A stretch of 64,000 nt of DNA from an uncultured Chloroflexia bacterium (GCA_963718085.1 CAVQYA010000001.1:542113-606112); one strand, 5' to 3'. Counted from the stretch's first letter, positions 9,484-20,552 are shown. Notes: generated by a model not told the origin, from the sequence alone. Numbers and translations are program-made.

Positions 9484-11457
9484 CTACGCGTCGGGACGAC
9501 GTTCGGACGCCCGGAACGGCACGTCGGCGACGAGGATGTCCGGCCGGCCGGTCAGGGCGGCGCGGATCCGATGGGCATCCTGGTTGAACAGGAGGCGCTC
9601 CCACCAGCGGGGCGTCAGGCGCTCCGGCAGGAGGACCACCGTGACGCTGCCCGCCTCCTTCTCGGCGGTCACCTCCAGGTATCGAACCAGGGGGTCGACG
9701 AGGTTGCGGTACGGCGACTCGACGATCACGAACCCGACACCGGGCAGCTGGCGCTCGAACCGCTCGCGCAGGCGCTCGCCGGCGGCAACGTCGTCGGTCA
9801 CGTGCACCGCCGTGATGTCGTCTGTCATCGAGCGCCCGAAGCGGACTGCCTGGATGACGTCCCACTGGACGTCCGTGACGGGGATCACGACGCGCCGGCG
9901 GTGGACCGGCGGTCCCCAGACGAGCCCGGGGGCGACCGCCAGCTCCGTCGTGCCACGGGCGTATTCGCGGCGAACGAGGAGCATGAGCAGCACGAGGATC
10001 GGGACGACGACGAGGATCACCCATGCCCCGAGGGCGAACTTCGCGACCGCGAAGACGACGGCGACCACGGCCGTCGCCGTCGCCCCGACGCCGTTGATGA
10101 GGGCGCTCCGCCGCCAGCCCGGGCCCTTCCCGGCGAACCAGTGGCGGACCATCCCCGCCTGCGACAGCGTGAAGGCCGTGAAGACCCCGATCGCGTACAG
10201 GGGAATGAGCGCCTCGACGCGGCCGCCGAACGCCACCGCGACGACGATTGCGAGAACCGCCAGGGCCACGATGCCGGCATTGAAGGCGAGCCGCTCGCCG
10301 CGGTAGGCGAAGCCGCGAGGCATGAACCCGTCGCGGGCGAGGATCGAGGCCAGGCGCGGGAAGTCCGCGAAGCTCGTCTGCGCCGCCAGGACCAGGATCC
10401 CCATGGTCGAGATCAGCAGGATGTACCAGATGGGCCCCTGGCCGAACGTCGCCCGGCCGACCTGCGAGAGGACCGACTCCGCCTGGGATGGGACCGCACC
10501 CGCCGTGCGCGCCAGGAACGAGATGCCGAGGAAGACGAAGCCGAGGATCGTGGCCATCGCCACCATCGTTCGCTGGGCGTTCTTCCACTCCGGTGGCTTG
10601 AACGCCGGCGTGCCGTTCGAGATGGCCTCCGTGCCGGTCATCGCGCTGCACCCGTCGGCGAACGCCCGCATGAACAGGAGGACGCTCATGGTCTCGGCCT
10701 GCACCGCGATCGGCACGACGCCCGTGACGCTGGGTGCATCACCGAGCACGGTCCGGACCACGCCGACCACCACCAGCAGGATGACGCTGACCATGAACAC
10801 GTAGGTCGGCAGGGCGAAGACCGTGCCGCTCTCCCGGATCCCGCGGAGATTGACGACCATGACGAAGAGGATCGCCGCGACGATGAGGGGAACGGTCAGG
10901 CCGTGGAGGACCGGGAAGGCCGAGGCGAGGTTGAACACTCCGCTCGACACGCTCACGGCGACGGTCAGCACGTAGTCCGTGAGGAGAGCAGCGGCCGCGA
11001 CGAGCCCGGGCAGCACGCCCAGGTTGGCGTGCGCCACGATGTAGCTCCCTCCCCCGCCGGGATACGCCCTGATCGTCTGGCGATAGGAGAACGTGACGAG
11101 GAAGAGCAGCGCGACGATGAGCACCGCGATCGGCATCAGGTAGGCGAAGGCGACCGTGCCGACCGCGAGCAGGGTGAACATGCTCGCCTCGGTCGCGTAC
11201 GCCACCGAGGACAGCACGTCGCTCGAGAAGACGGCCAGGGCCTTCCACTTGGGGAGCCGCTGCTCGATCTCCTGGGCCGTCGCGAGCGGATGGCCGAACA
11301 GCGCGTGCCGGGCGGCGAACGTGGCCTGCCCGAGGCGCGTCCGGGGCTCGATCGCCGAGGGACGCGCGACCATCACCCCCGGCCCGGCGTAGCGGAAGTA
11401 GCGCGACTCCGGACGACTGACGCGGACCCGTCGATCGCCGGGCTTCCGGCCGCGCAT
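9484..11457 (-). CDS. kimA: KimA-like K+/H+ symporter (APC superfamily permease with cytoplasmic C-terminal domain)
   Basis: A multi-TM APC core is followed by a soluble tail of about 150 aa. From memory, the blocks KWKALAVFSSDVLSSVAYATE, SYRQTIRAYPGGGGSYIV, LLTDYVLTVAVSVSSG, ITAVHV and SPYRNLVDPL line up with B. subtilis KimA (YdaO). The start is uncertain (ATG 11457 or ATG 11373). Confidence 0.8.
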   Translation of the reverse strand: MRGRKPGDRRVRVSRPESRYFRYAGPGVMVARPSAIEPRTRLGQATFAARHALFGHPLATAQEIEQRLPKWKALAVFSSDVLSSVAYATEASMFTLLAVGTVAFAYLMPIAVLIVALLFLVTFSYRQTIRAYPGGGGSYIVAHANLGVLPGLVAAAALLTDYVLTVAVSVSSGVFNLASAFPVLHGLTVPLIVAAILFVMVVNLRGIRESGTVFALPTYVFMVSVILLVVVGVVRTVLGDAPSVTGVVPIAVQAETMSVLLFMRAFADGCSAMTGTEAISNGTPAFKPPEWKNAQRTMVAMATILGFVFLGISFLARTAGAVPSQAESVLSQVGRATFGQGPIWYILLISTMGILVLAAQTSFADFPRLASILARDGFMPRGFAYRGERLAFNAGIVALAVLAIVVAVAFGGRVEALIPLYAIGVFTAFTLSQAGMVRHWFAGKGPGWRRSALINGVGATATAVVAVVFAVAKFALGAWVILVVVPILVLLMLLVRREYARGTTELAVAPGLVWGPPVHRRRVVIPVTDVQWDVIQAVRFGRSMTDDITAVHVTDDVAAGERLRERFERQLPGVGFVIVESPYRNLVDPLVRYLEVTAEKEAGSVTVVLLPERLTPRWWERLLFNQDAHRIRAALTGRPDILVADVPFRASERRPDA

Positions 11458-11845
11458 GAGGTCCGGCTCGGGGTGCGCCGAGGGAAGGCTCACGCGGCCC
11501 TGACGACGACGTCCCAGCCGCCGCCGAAGCGGGCGCGGCGCTCGATGACGACGCCGGCGGCGCGCGGCGGCCGCGTCCAGCTCGGCGGGCACCCGGCCGG
11601 CGGAGGCGCGACCGCTCAGCACCATCCGGTAGTGTGGATCGCGGGCGACCATCGCGATGGCGGCGGCGATCTCCATCTCCCAGTTCCACGCCGATCCAGC
11701 GCCCGCGACCGCGGGGCGGCCGGCGCGACTGCGTGGGGCGCGCCGACCTTCGCCGAGTCCTGACTTCCATGAGGCCAGCATCTCGCGGGGCCCCAAGAGG
11801 CAACCGACCCACGGAGCGGCCGCGGCGCTCAAGGATCGCTCAGGA

Positions 11846-12569
11846 TCAATCCGGACCCGGAGGCCGCACCCGGTATCCGACGCCCGGCTCGGCGACGATG
11901 AGCCCGGCGAGGTGGCCGGAGGCGTCGGCGGCAGCGATCTTGCGCCGGATCTGGCTGACGTAGACGTGGAGGTAGTGGGCCTCGTCCGAGTAGGCCGTTC
12001 CCCAGACCGCCCGGAGCAGGCGGCCGTGGGTGACGAGGCGACCGGCGGACCCGAGGAGGACCTTGAGCACCTCGAACTCGCGGGGCGTCAGGCGGACCGG
12101 CCGTCCGGCCACCGTCACCTCGTGGCGGGCGAGGTCCATCCGCAGGCCGCCCACCAGGACCTCGCCAGTCGGCTCGGCCGCGGGTCCGGCGGCGCGCCGA
12201 AGGACGGCGCGGACGCGGGCCAGCAGCTCGGCCGCCCCGAACGGCTTCGTCACGTAGTCGTCCGCGCCCGACTCCAGCGCGGCCGACCTTCTCGGCCTCC
12301 CGGTCGCGGGCCGACAGGACGAGGATCGGCGTCGTCGCGTCCCGCCGGATGCGACGGATCAGCACGGAGCCGTCGACGTCCGGCAGGCCGAGGTCGAGAA
12401 CGACGAGATCGGGACGCTGCGCCTCCCAGCGGTTCCAGGCGTCCGCCGCGTCGCCCGCCTCGACGACCCTGAAGCCATGAGCCCGCAGGAAGGTCGCGAC
12501 CTCGCGCCTCGTCGCGGCATCGTCCTCGACGAGCAGCACGGCGGCGCCCGGCGATGTCTCCGCCGTCAT
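11846..12569 (-). CDS. OmpR/KdpE-type response regulator; reading frame interrupted by one extra nucleotide
   Basis: The receiver domain (AVLLVEDD, DLGLPDVDG, ILVLSARD) is in one frame. The rest (DDYVTKPFGAAELLARV plus the winged helix, track ORF 11846..12253) is in the next frame. The junction is near 12276-12290, and the length is 724 nt = 3n+1. Its ATGA overlaps the kinase stop. Confidence 0.85.
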
Positions 12570-14166
12570 CGCACGTCCTCCGCCGGCGTGCCCCGCTCGG
12601 TCGGCGCCGCCGAGTCCGGGACCGCCTGGAGGTCGACGTCGATGGCGAGGCCACCGAGCTCGCCGGCGCGGGCCGTGACGCGGCCGCCCATCGCCTCGAC
12701 GAGCCCGCGGACCACCGCCAGGCCCAGCCCGCTCCCTCGCCGCGAGGGCCGGGGGGCGCCGGGAACCCGGTAGAACTTGTCGAACACTCGCGCGATGGCG
12801 GCAGGCGGAACGCCCGGGCCCCCGTCCTCCACGCAGAGGCGAACGGTGCGTGACCCGATGGTCGCCCCGCCGACTCGTATCGGCGCCTCCGGGGGCGTGT
12901 GCCGTGTCGCGTTCTCCAGCAGGTTGGTCAGCACCTGGTCGAGGAAGACCGCGTCCACGGCCGCCGGCGGAAGGTCCGGCGGCATCGAGATCGTGACCGT
13001 GCGACCGTCCAGCTGGCCCGCCATCCGCTCGACGGTGGCCCGCACGAGGTCCTCGAGGGGGAAGACTTCGAGGCGGGCGTGCAGGTCGCCGGCCTCGATG
13101 CGGCTCATGTCGAGGAGGTTCGACACGAGCCGGTTCAGGCGCTCTGCCTCGCGGTCGATCGACGCCGCGCGTTCGCGGCGCGCGTCCGCGTCGAGCGGAA
13201 GATCGGCATCCATGAGGCTGCCGGCCGCAGCGCGGATCGACGCGAGCGGCGTTCGCAGGTCGTGCGAGACCGAGTCGAGCAGCGCTGTCTTGGCCGCCTC
13301 GCTCCGCCGCGCGATCTCGGCGCTGGTGGCCTCCTCCGCCAGGCGGTCGCGCTCGAGGGCCTGGCCGATCTGGTCGGCCGCGGCCCCCAGGACCCGAGCG
13401 TGGCCGCGCCCGGGCGGCCCGGCGCTTCGACGTCGGGTGACCCAGACCGAGCCGAGCGGGACCCCGGCGGCCGAGATCGGGATCCGGAAGCACGCATCCT
13501 GCGCATCACGCGGCTCCGCCGCCGGCCGACGTGGATCGTGGACCCGGACCCAGGACGTCCCCTCGTCGTCGGCGGGCCTCTGCAGGACCTCGTACGACGC
13601 CGCGACGACGGGACGCTCGGCAGCTGCGCTGTCGGCCGCCACGCGCTCCTGCGCGACCCCCGGCCCGAGCCCGATCCAGACCCGCGTGGCGTCGACCTCC
13701 GAGCGCAGGATCTCCACGAGCGCCGCCAGCGCGGCGCGGGCGGTCGTCGTGGTCGCGAGCTCGCGGCCGACCAGGTACTGGGTGAGTGCCTGGCGCTCGC
13801 GGAGGGCGGCCGTCTCGGCCCGGCTGCGCTGCATCCCGGCCAGCTGCCCGACCACGACGCCGAGCACGAGCAGCAGGACCAGGTTCAGCCACTCCTCGGG
13901 GTCGGCGACGACCAGGGCGCCGGTCGGGGAGACGAACAGGAAGTCGTAGATGAGGAACGCTCCCGACTGCGGTCGCGGCAGCGGCCCCGATGCCGAACGC
14001 GACGGCGATCGCGACGACCGCGAGCAGGTAGGTGGCGGACGCGTTCGGGACGCCGCAGACGGTCCTCGAGGACTCCCACGACGAGAGTCGTCAGCCCGAG
14101 CGCCAGGAGAATGGACGCGACGGCCACGACGACGCGACGGGCCGCTGGCGTCGTGAACCGCTCCAT
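12566..14166 (-). CDS. KdpD-type sensor histidine kinase lacking the N-terminal KdpD/Usp module (DUF4118-like TM bundle, GAF-like, HisKA, HATPase); frame interrupted twice
   Basis: It has an H-box (SHDLRTPL), an N-box (LLENATRH), G1 (EDGGPGV) and G2 (GSGLGLAVV). The N-terminal TM region (MERFTTPAARRVVVAVASILLALGL..., then ASATYLLAVVAIAVAFG, then LIYDFLFVSPTG...WLNLVLLLLVLG) is spread over three frames. The shifts are near 14045-14058 and 13950-13962, and the length is 1601 nt = 3n+2. Confidence 0.85.
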
Positions 14167-14227
14167 GACCGGATGGTAGTCGTGCCGCGAGCTCCTGCGC
14201 CCGCTCGCCCGCACCCGGACTGCCTCC

Positions 14228-16234
14228 CTACCGCTCCCGGGACCGGCGGGCGTCCTCGCGCTGGCCGATCTGGCGCCGGCGGTCGTGCATGGAGAGCATG
14301 CGCTTGCGAAGGCGGATCGAGGTCGGGGTCACTTCCACCAGCTCGTCGTCGCCGATGAACTCGATGGCGGACTCCAGGGTCATCGGCCGGGGCGGCGTCA
14401 GGCGCAGGGCCTCGTCGTGGGCGTGGGTCCGGATGTTGGTCAGCTTCTTCTCTTTGGTGACGTTGACGTCCATGTCGCCCGAGCGCGCGTTCTCGCCCAC
14501 GACCATCCCCTCGTAGACGTCCGCGCCGGAGCCGATGAAGAGCTCGGAGCGCTCCTGGAGGCTGAAGAGGGCGTAGGCGTTCGACGTCCCGGCGCGGTCG
14601 GCCACGAGCACCCCGTCGGTCCGGTGGGTCACCTCGCCGGCCCAGGGTCCGTAGCCCTCGCCGATCTGGTGGAGGAGCGCCGTCCCGCGCGTCTCGGTGA
14701 GGAGCTGCCCGCGGTACCCGATGAGGCCCCGGACCGGCAGGACGAACTCCATCCGGACCCGCCCGTCGGCGTCGGTCGACATCTGCTCGAGGCGGCCTTT
14801 GCGCCCGGCCAGGGCGGTCTGGATCTCGCCGATGTAGTCGGGCGGGATGTCGATCGTGATCCGCTCGTAGGGCTCCTGTACCTGCCCGTCGACGGTGTGG
14901 AGGATCACCTCCGGGCGGCTCACCTGGAGCTCGTAGCCCTCGCGGCGCATCTGCTCCACGAGCACGGCAAGCTGGAGCTCTCCCCTCCCCCGGACTTCGT
15001 AGGTGTCACCGGACTCGGTCGGGGCGAACTGGATGGCGACGTTGCCGAGGATCTCCTTCTCCAGACGCGCCCGCAGCTGGCGGCTGGTGAGGTACCTCCC
15101 GTCGCGCCCGGAGAGCGGCGAGGTGTTGACGCCGAACGTCATCCGCAGGGTGGGCTCGTCGACCTCGATGCGCGGCAGCGGCCGCGGGTCGCCGGGCTCG
15201 GTCAGGGTGTCGCCGATGGTGACCTCGGGGAGCCCCGCCACCGAGACGATGTCGCCGGGCCCGGCCTCCTCGATGTCGACCCGTTCGATCCCGCGAGCCG
15301 TCTGCAGGCTCGTGACGGTGCCGAAGAGGGTGACGGTGCGGCCCGGCTCCACGGCGCCGGCAGTGTCGTCGGGCTCCTCCCGCACGACCGTGATCCGCTG
15401 GCCGACGCGGATGGCGCCGTTGACGACGCGCCCGACCGCCATGCGGCCGACGTACTCGTTGGCGGACAGGTTGGTGACCAGGAGCTGGAGGGGATGCCCG
15501 GGCGTGTACGAGGGCGGCGGCGTGACCTCGACGAGCAGGTCGAGGAGAGGGCCCAGGTCGGTCCCCGGCCTTGCCAGGTCGCGGGTGGCGGTGGCCGCCT
15601 TGGCGTTCGTGTAGACGACCGGGAAGTCGATCTGGTGGGCGTCGGCGCCGAGGTCCATGAAGAGCTCGTAGACGGCGTCGAGGACCTCCGCCGCACGGGC
15701 GTCGCCGCGATCGATCTTGTTGATCGCCACCACGACGGGAAGGCGCCGGGCCATCGCCTTCTGGAGGACGTAGCGCGTCTGCGGCAGCGGCCCCTCGGCG
15801 GCGTCGACGAGGAGGAGGACGGCGTCGACGAGGTTGAGGCTCCGTTCCACCTCGCCGCCGAAGTCGGCGTGCCCTGGCGTGTCCACGATGTTGATCCGGA
15901 TGCCGGCGTAGGCCACCGTCGTCTGCTTGGCCAGGATCGTGATGCCCTTCTCGCGCTCCAGGTCGCCCGAATCCATGACCCGGTCCACGACTGCCTGGTT
16001 GGCCCGGAAGGAGCCCGTCTGGCGCAGGATCCCGTCGACGAGCGTGGTCTTGCCGTGATCGACGTGGGCGACGATGGCGACGTTGCGGAGGTCGGCTCGG
16101 ACGGCGCGTGCAACGGGCGCGACCGGAAGCGGGGTCGCGACCGAGACCGCCGGCGCGGGAGGCGCGGCTGGCGCGGCGGAGGGCGAGGCGGGGGCGGCTG
16201 TGGGCACGGCGGGGCGGGGCTCCTGATCGGTCAT
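14228..16234 (-). CDS. typA: Translational GTPase TypA/BipA
   Basis: It has G motifs ([28 protein letters not shown]) and an EF-G-like domain order. The Ala/Pro-rich N-terminal extension means the true start may be internal. Confidence 0.93.
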   Translation of the reverse strand: MTDQEPRPAVPTAAPASPSAAPAAPPAPAVSVATPLPVAPVARAVRADLRNVAIVAHVDHGKTTLVDGILRQTGSFRANQAVVDRVMDSGDLEREKGITILAKQTTVAYAGIRINIVDTPGHADFGGEVERSLNLVDAVLLLVDAAEGPLPQTRYVLQKAMARRLPVVVAINKIDRGDARAAEVLDAVYELFMDLGADAHQIDFPVVYTNAKAATATRDLARPGTDLGPLLDLLVEVTPPPSYTPGHPLQLLVTNLSANEYVGRMAVGRVVNGAIRVGQRITVVREEPDDTAGAVEPGRTVTLFGTVTSLQTARGIERVDIEEAGPGDIVSVAGLPEVTIGDTLTEPGDPRPLPRIEVDEPTLRMTFGVNTSPLSGRDGRYLTSRQLRARLEKEILGNVAIQFAPTESGDTYEVRGRGELQLAVLVEQMRREGYELQVSRPEVILHTVDGQVQEPYERITIDIPPDYIGEIQTALAGRKGRLEQMSTDADGRVRMEFVLPVRGLIGYRGQLLTETRGTALLHQIGEGYGPWAGEVTHRTDGVLVADRAGTSNAYALFSLQERSELFIGSGADVYEGMVVGENARSGDMDVNVTKEKKLTNIRTHAHDEALRLTPPRPMTLESAIEFIGDDELVEVTPTSIRLRKRMLSMHDRRRQIGQREDARRSRER

Positions 16235-16323
16235 GGGAGCACCGATGGTCGCACATCGCGCGCCGGGACGCGGCCGAGGTGCTCGTGCGCGCCCGAGGGC
16301 TCGCCACGGGCGCGGGCGTCAAC

Positions 16324-16353
16324 CCGGAGTCGGCCTCGCCGGAGTCGGCCTCG
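16324..16353. repeat. 15-bp direct tandem repeat (CCGGAGTCGGCCTCG x2) in a divergent intergenic region
   Basis: Exact copies lie at 16324-16338 and 16339-16353, between the typA start and the start of the plus-strand gene at 16379. Confidence 0.8.
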
Positions 16354-16366
16354 CGACGCGCCCTGC

Positions 16367-16372
16367 TAGCAT
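16367..16372 (+). promoter_or_regulatory. Candidate -10 hexamer (TAGCAT) positioned for a leaderless transcript of the 16379 gene
   Basis: TAGCAT is followed by 6 nt and then the ATG at 16379. No Shine-Dalgarno sequence is present. A TANNNT element is rare in this GC-rich context. The call rests on position only. Confidence 0.25.
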
Positions 16373-16378
16373 CGCGCC

Positions 16379-17053
16379 ATGACCGTCGCCGCCTGCATCC
16401 TGGCCGCCTCGACGGGGTCTGCGCTCCAGGACGTCGAGGGCACCCCGAACGTGCGCCGGCTCGCCGACCTCGCCTGGGCGGGCGGCGCCATGCCGGTCGT
16501 CGTCCTCGCCCCCGATCCCGACGGCGCCGTGGCCACGGCGCTCGCGGGATCCCCGGCCGTCGTCGGCAGGCCGGCCCCGATCGCCGGCGGGCCCGTGGCC
16601 CAGATCGCGAGGGCGGTCGACCTTGCCCGGGCCGAGCTGGATGCGACGGACGCGGCGCTGATCTGGCCGGCCCGCCTCGGGTGGGTCGACGCAGAGACCG
16701 TGACCTCGCTCATCGAGGCGCACGGGATCCACCCGGCGGACGTCATCCGGCCCGCCTACCACGGCGTCGCGGGTTGGCCGATTCTCCTGCCCGTCGAGCA
16801 CCTCGAGGGGTTCCGTGGCCTCCCGGCCGAGCTCATGCCCGACGACCTCGCCGGCCGCCTCGCCGGGCAGGCGCCGGTGCGGCTGGTCGAGCTCGGCGAC
16901 CCGGGCACCGTCCTGGGGCTCGACACGCCCCGGGGTAGCCTGCCGCCGTTCGAGGGCCCGCCCGAGCCTCCCGCCGCGCAGCATCACGAGTGGGGCTCCC
17001 CGGCAGCCGCCGGGCCGGACGAGCCGCCTTCGCCGCCCCGCTCCGTCGGCTGA
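16379..17053 (+). CDS. MobA-like nucleotidyltransferase family protein (NTP_transf_3-like)
   Basis: 224-aa ORF with an N-terminal AACILAAS..G signature. The overall pattern resembles molybdenum-cofactor cytidylyl/guanylyltransferase-like proteins. The family call is from memory. Confidence 0.55.
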   Translation: MTVAACILAASTGSALQDVEGTPNVRRLADLAWAGGAMPVVVLAPDPDGAVATALAGSPAVVGRPAPIAGGPVAQIARAVDLARAELDATDAALIWPARLGWVDAETVTSLIEAHGIHPADVIRPAYHGVAGWPILLPVEHLEGFRGLPAELMPDDLAGRLAGQAPVRLVELGDPGTVLGLDTPRGSLPPFEGPPEPPAAQHHEWGSPAAAGPDEPPSPPRSVG

Positions 17054-17130
17054 CCCCGCGGCGCGCCGCGAGGCGAGCGCCCGGCCAGCGTCTCGAGCCC
17101 GCTCGCCCGGGGCTTCGCCGTTCGCGACCC

Positions 17131-18998
17131 TCAGCCCTTCTCCGGCAGGCCCACGTACCGCAGGCCGAGCTCCGCGTACTGCCCGGGCTCCGGAACGCTC
17201 GGCGCGTCGAGCATGAGGTCCATCCCCGACGAGGTCTTCGGGAAGGCCATCACCTCGCGGATGTTGACCTGCCGGGCAAAGAGAGCCGCCCAGCGGTCGA
17301 TCCCGAGCGCGATGCCGCCGTGAGGGGGCGCCCCGTGGTCGAACGCCTCCAGCATCCCGCCGAACTTCTCGTGCATCGCGGCTTGGCTGTGCCCCTGCAG
17401 GGCGAAGCTGCGCTCCAGCAGGTCGCGGCGATGGATGCGAACGGAACCGCCGCCCAGCTCCCAGCCGTTCAGGGCCAGGTCGTACTGCATCGCCCGGGCG
17501 CGGCCAGCCGGGTCGTCCCGGGTGGGACGGTATGGATCGCCGGACGCGGTCACGAGCAGCGGCTCGTCCTCGGGAACCACACCCGAGAACGGGTTGTGGG
17601 TGGCATGCCAGCCGTTCCTGTCCTCGTCCCACTCGTACATCGGGAAGCGGTGGATCCAGCAGTAGGCGAGCACGTCCGGGTCCGCGAGGCCGAGGCGCAT
17701 GGCCGAGCTCGGCGCGCAGGCGGCCCAGGACGTCGGCGACGACGGGCGGCGGCGTCCGCGACGAGGAGGAGAAGGTCGCCCTCCCCGGCGCCGGCGAGGT
17801 CGGCCATCGCCCGGGCGCGCTCCTCGCCGAGGAACTTCACGGTGGGCCCGTGGATCCCGTCGGCGGCGACCGCGAGATGCACGAGACCGCGGGCGCCGAA
17901 GCGCTTCGCGGTGTCGGTCAGCTCGTCGATCTGGCTGCGGCTGGCGCCACCCATCCCGGGGACCGCGATCGCCTTGACGCGGCCGCCGGAGGCGAGCGTC
18001 TCGTCGAAGACGCGGAAACCGGAGGCCGGGCTCCCGTCGGCGGCGCGGAGGAGCGGGGCCACGTCCACGAGCTCCATGCCGAAGCGAAGGTCGGGCTTGT
18101 CGGAGCCGAAGCGCTCGAGGGCCTCGTCGTAGGTGAAGCGCGGGAAGGGGACGTCCTGCAGCGGCCGCTCCGGGGTGACGGCGCGCGAGACGGCGATCGC
18201 CATCGTCTCCACGAAGTCCATCACGGTCGCCTCGGCGACGAAGCTCATCTCCAGGTCCAGCTGGGTGAACTCGGGCTGGCGGTCGCCGCGGAGGTCCTCG
18301 TCGCGGAAGCAGCGGGCGATCTGGAAGTAGCGATCCATCCCCGCGACCATGAGCAGCTGCTTGAGCTGCTGCGGGCTCTGGGGCAGGGCATAGACCGTTC
18401 CCGGCTGGAGGCGCGAGGGGACGATGAAGTCGCGGGCGCCCTCCGGGGTGCTCTTGATCAGGATCGGCGTCTCGATCTCGACGAAGCCGTGGGCCTCGTG
18501 GACGCGCCGGATCTCCGAGACGAGCTTCGAGCGCAGCATGAGGCGACCCAGCATCGGCTCGCGGCGGATGTCCAGGTAGCGGTACTGGAGGCGGACCGAC
18601 TCGTCGACCGGCGCGTCGGGCTCGTTGATGTAGAAGGGCGGCGTCTTCGCCTCTGCGAGGATCGTCAGCTCGCGGGCCTGGAGCTCGATGTCGCCGGTGG
18701 CCATGCGGGCGTTCTCGTTGCCCGGCAGGCGGCGCGCGACTACGCCTTCGACGGTCACCACGAACTCCGGGCGGCAGCGGGCGGCGACGTCGTGCGCGTC
18801 GGGCGCGTCGGCCGCGTCGATCACGACCTGAGTGATCCCGTGGCGGTCGCGGACGTCGAGGAAGACGAGCTGGCCGTGGTCGCGGCGGCGGTGGACCCAG
18901 CCTGCCAGGCGAACCTCGCGGCCGTCGTCCGCGTCGCGGAGTGCGCCGCAGGTGTGGGTCCGGTACGGCGTGGCGAGGCTGGGGGTTGGCTCGGTCAT
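17131..18998 (-). CDS. aspS: Aspartate--tRNA ligase; frame interrupted twice
   Basis: The N-terminal 400+ aa are in track ORF 17550..18998 (OB fold, motif 2 FRDEDLRGDRQPEFTQLDLEMSF). The C-terminus (AYCWIHRFPMYEW..., motif 3 GGIALGIDR) is in the tail of ORF 17131..19122. A short piece (PPVVADVLGRLRAELGH) is in the third frame. The shifts are near 17745-17757 and 17695-17710, and the length is 1868 nt = 3n+2. Confidence 0.92.
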
Positions 18999-19133
18999 GG
19001 TCGCCGAATGGTATCCGCTCGTCGACCTCGACCGCGCGGAGGGCGGCCGGCAGGCAGCGGGTGCCGTGGCGCCGGCCGATCCTCGATCGAGAAGCGCGGG
19101 CCGGCCAGGCTCCTCGAGCCACTCCGGCGCGGA

Positions 19134-20415
19134 TCAGGCCCCCGGGGTCTTCCGGCGGAAGAGGGCGGCGAGGTCCGAGAGCTGGACGAGCTTCTGAGAC
19201 GCGGCGTCGAGGTCGCGCAGCTGGACGTCACCGGCCGCGAGCTCGTCCCCGAGGATCACCGCGAACTGGGCCCCCTCCTTGACCGCCGCCTCCAGCTGGC
19301 GCCCCAGCTTCCGCTGGGAGAGGTCGGCACGAACTGCCAGGCCTGCATCGCGGAGTCGGGTCGCGACGGCCAGGCGTCCCGCGGTGTCGAGGGGATCGGC
19401 GCCCACGACGACCGCGATCGGTGAGGGCTCATCCGGGCGGACGGCTCCCGCGCTCTCGAGGGCGAGGACGACGCGATCGAGCCCCAGCGCGAAGCCGATG
19501 CCCGGGGTCGGCCTGCCGCCGAGGAGCGCCACCAGGCCGTCGTACCGTCCGCCGCCGCCGAGCGCCTGCTGCTGTCCCTCGGCGCCGTGCCGGTAGAACT
19601 CGAACGCCGTCCGCGTGTAGTAGTCGAGCCCGCGCACCAGGTTCGGCTCGATCCGGTACCCGACGCCAAGCGCGTCGAGGTGGGCGCGGACGGCGGCGAA
19701 ATGGACCGCGCACGCGTCGCACAACCGCTCCGCCATCTTCGGCGCCGCGGCGTTCAGCGCCGCCATCGCCGGCTCCTTCGAATCGAGGAGGCGCAGGGGG
19801 TTCGTCGCCAGGCGACGCAGCTCGAGCTCCGGCAGGGCGTCGGCATGGCGGCGGAAGTAGGCCGCCAGCTCGGCGACGTAGGCCGGTCGGCAGGCCGGGT
19901 CGCCGATCGAGTTGAGCAGGATCTCCACGTCGGCGAGGCCGGCGTCGCGGTAGAACCGCGCGCCCGAGCTCGACGATCTCGGCGTCGACGGCCGGCCCCG
20001 CGTCGCCGATCGCCTCGACGTCCCACTGCCAGAACTGGCGGTATCGTCCCGCCTGGGGCCGGTCGTAGCGGAACATCGGCCCGAGCAGGGCAAGCTTGAC
20101 CGGCTGTGGCCAGGACTGCATGCCGTGCTCGACGTAGGCCCGGCAGATCCCGGCCGTCGCCTCGGGGCGGAGGGCCCAGTGCTCGCGCTCCTCGCCCCGG
20201 CTCGGCGAGACGCGGAACAGCTCCTTCTCCACGACGTCGGTGACCGCCCCGATCCCGCGCTCGAAGACCGCGCCCTGCTCGAAGAGCGGCGTCTCCATCT
20301 CGCGGTAGCCATAGCGGGCGGAGAGGTCGCGCGCTATCCGCTCGAGGCGGGCGAACGACGCCCGATCGGCCGGGAGGAGGTCGCGGGTGCCCCGGGGGGC
20401 GCGGAAGGCGGGCAT
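19134..20415 (-). CDS. hisS: Histidine--tRNA ligase; frame interrupted once
   Basis: The N-terminal part (MFRYDRPQAGRYRQFWQ) is in ORF 19429..20415. The remainder (ARFYRDAGL..., GGGRYDGL, anticodon-binding domain) is in ORF 19134..20312. The junction is at CTCGGGCGCG, with the extra base in the G run (C run 19963-19965 on the plus strand). The length is 1282 nt = 3n+1. Confidence 0.92.
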
Positions 20416-20552
20416 CGACGGCAGTCTACCGGGCCGGCGCGCGGCCCCGCCCGTCGCGGCGTCGCGCGGCCGGCCTTTCGGCTCCGCTCGGCGGGCGAAA
20501 TTCTCCTCCGCCTGGTCTTCCGCCGGCGCCGGCGGGGCGCTACGATTCGGTC

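Noticed and set aside
11458-11845. A c-di-AMP (ydaO/kimA-type) riboswitch upstream of the KimA-like gene.
   Set aside because: I found no match to the conserved ydaO motif segments I remember (for example CCGACAGCUAACC-like). The region shows coding-like third-position GC instead.
12566-14166. Calling the kinase a full KdpD ortholog that controls kdpFABC.
   Set aside because: The N-terminal KdpD/Usp domains are absent and there are no kdpFABC genes in the window. I therefore describe it only as a KdpD-type (DUF4118-HisKA-HATPase) kinase.
17131-20415. Frameshifted aspS and hisS as genuine pseudogenes or programmed frameshift sites.
   Set aside because: Both are normally single-copy essential genes with otherwise perfectly preserved motifs on both sides of the shifts. 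All shifts in the window are +1 insertions, at least one of them in a homopolymer. No slippery heptamer or stimulatory structure was evident. Sequence error is the simpler explanation.
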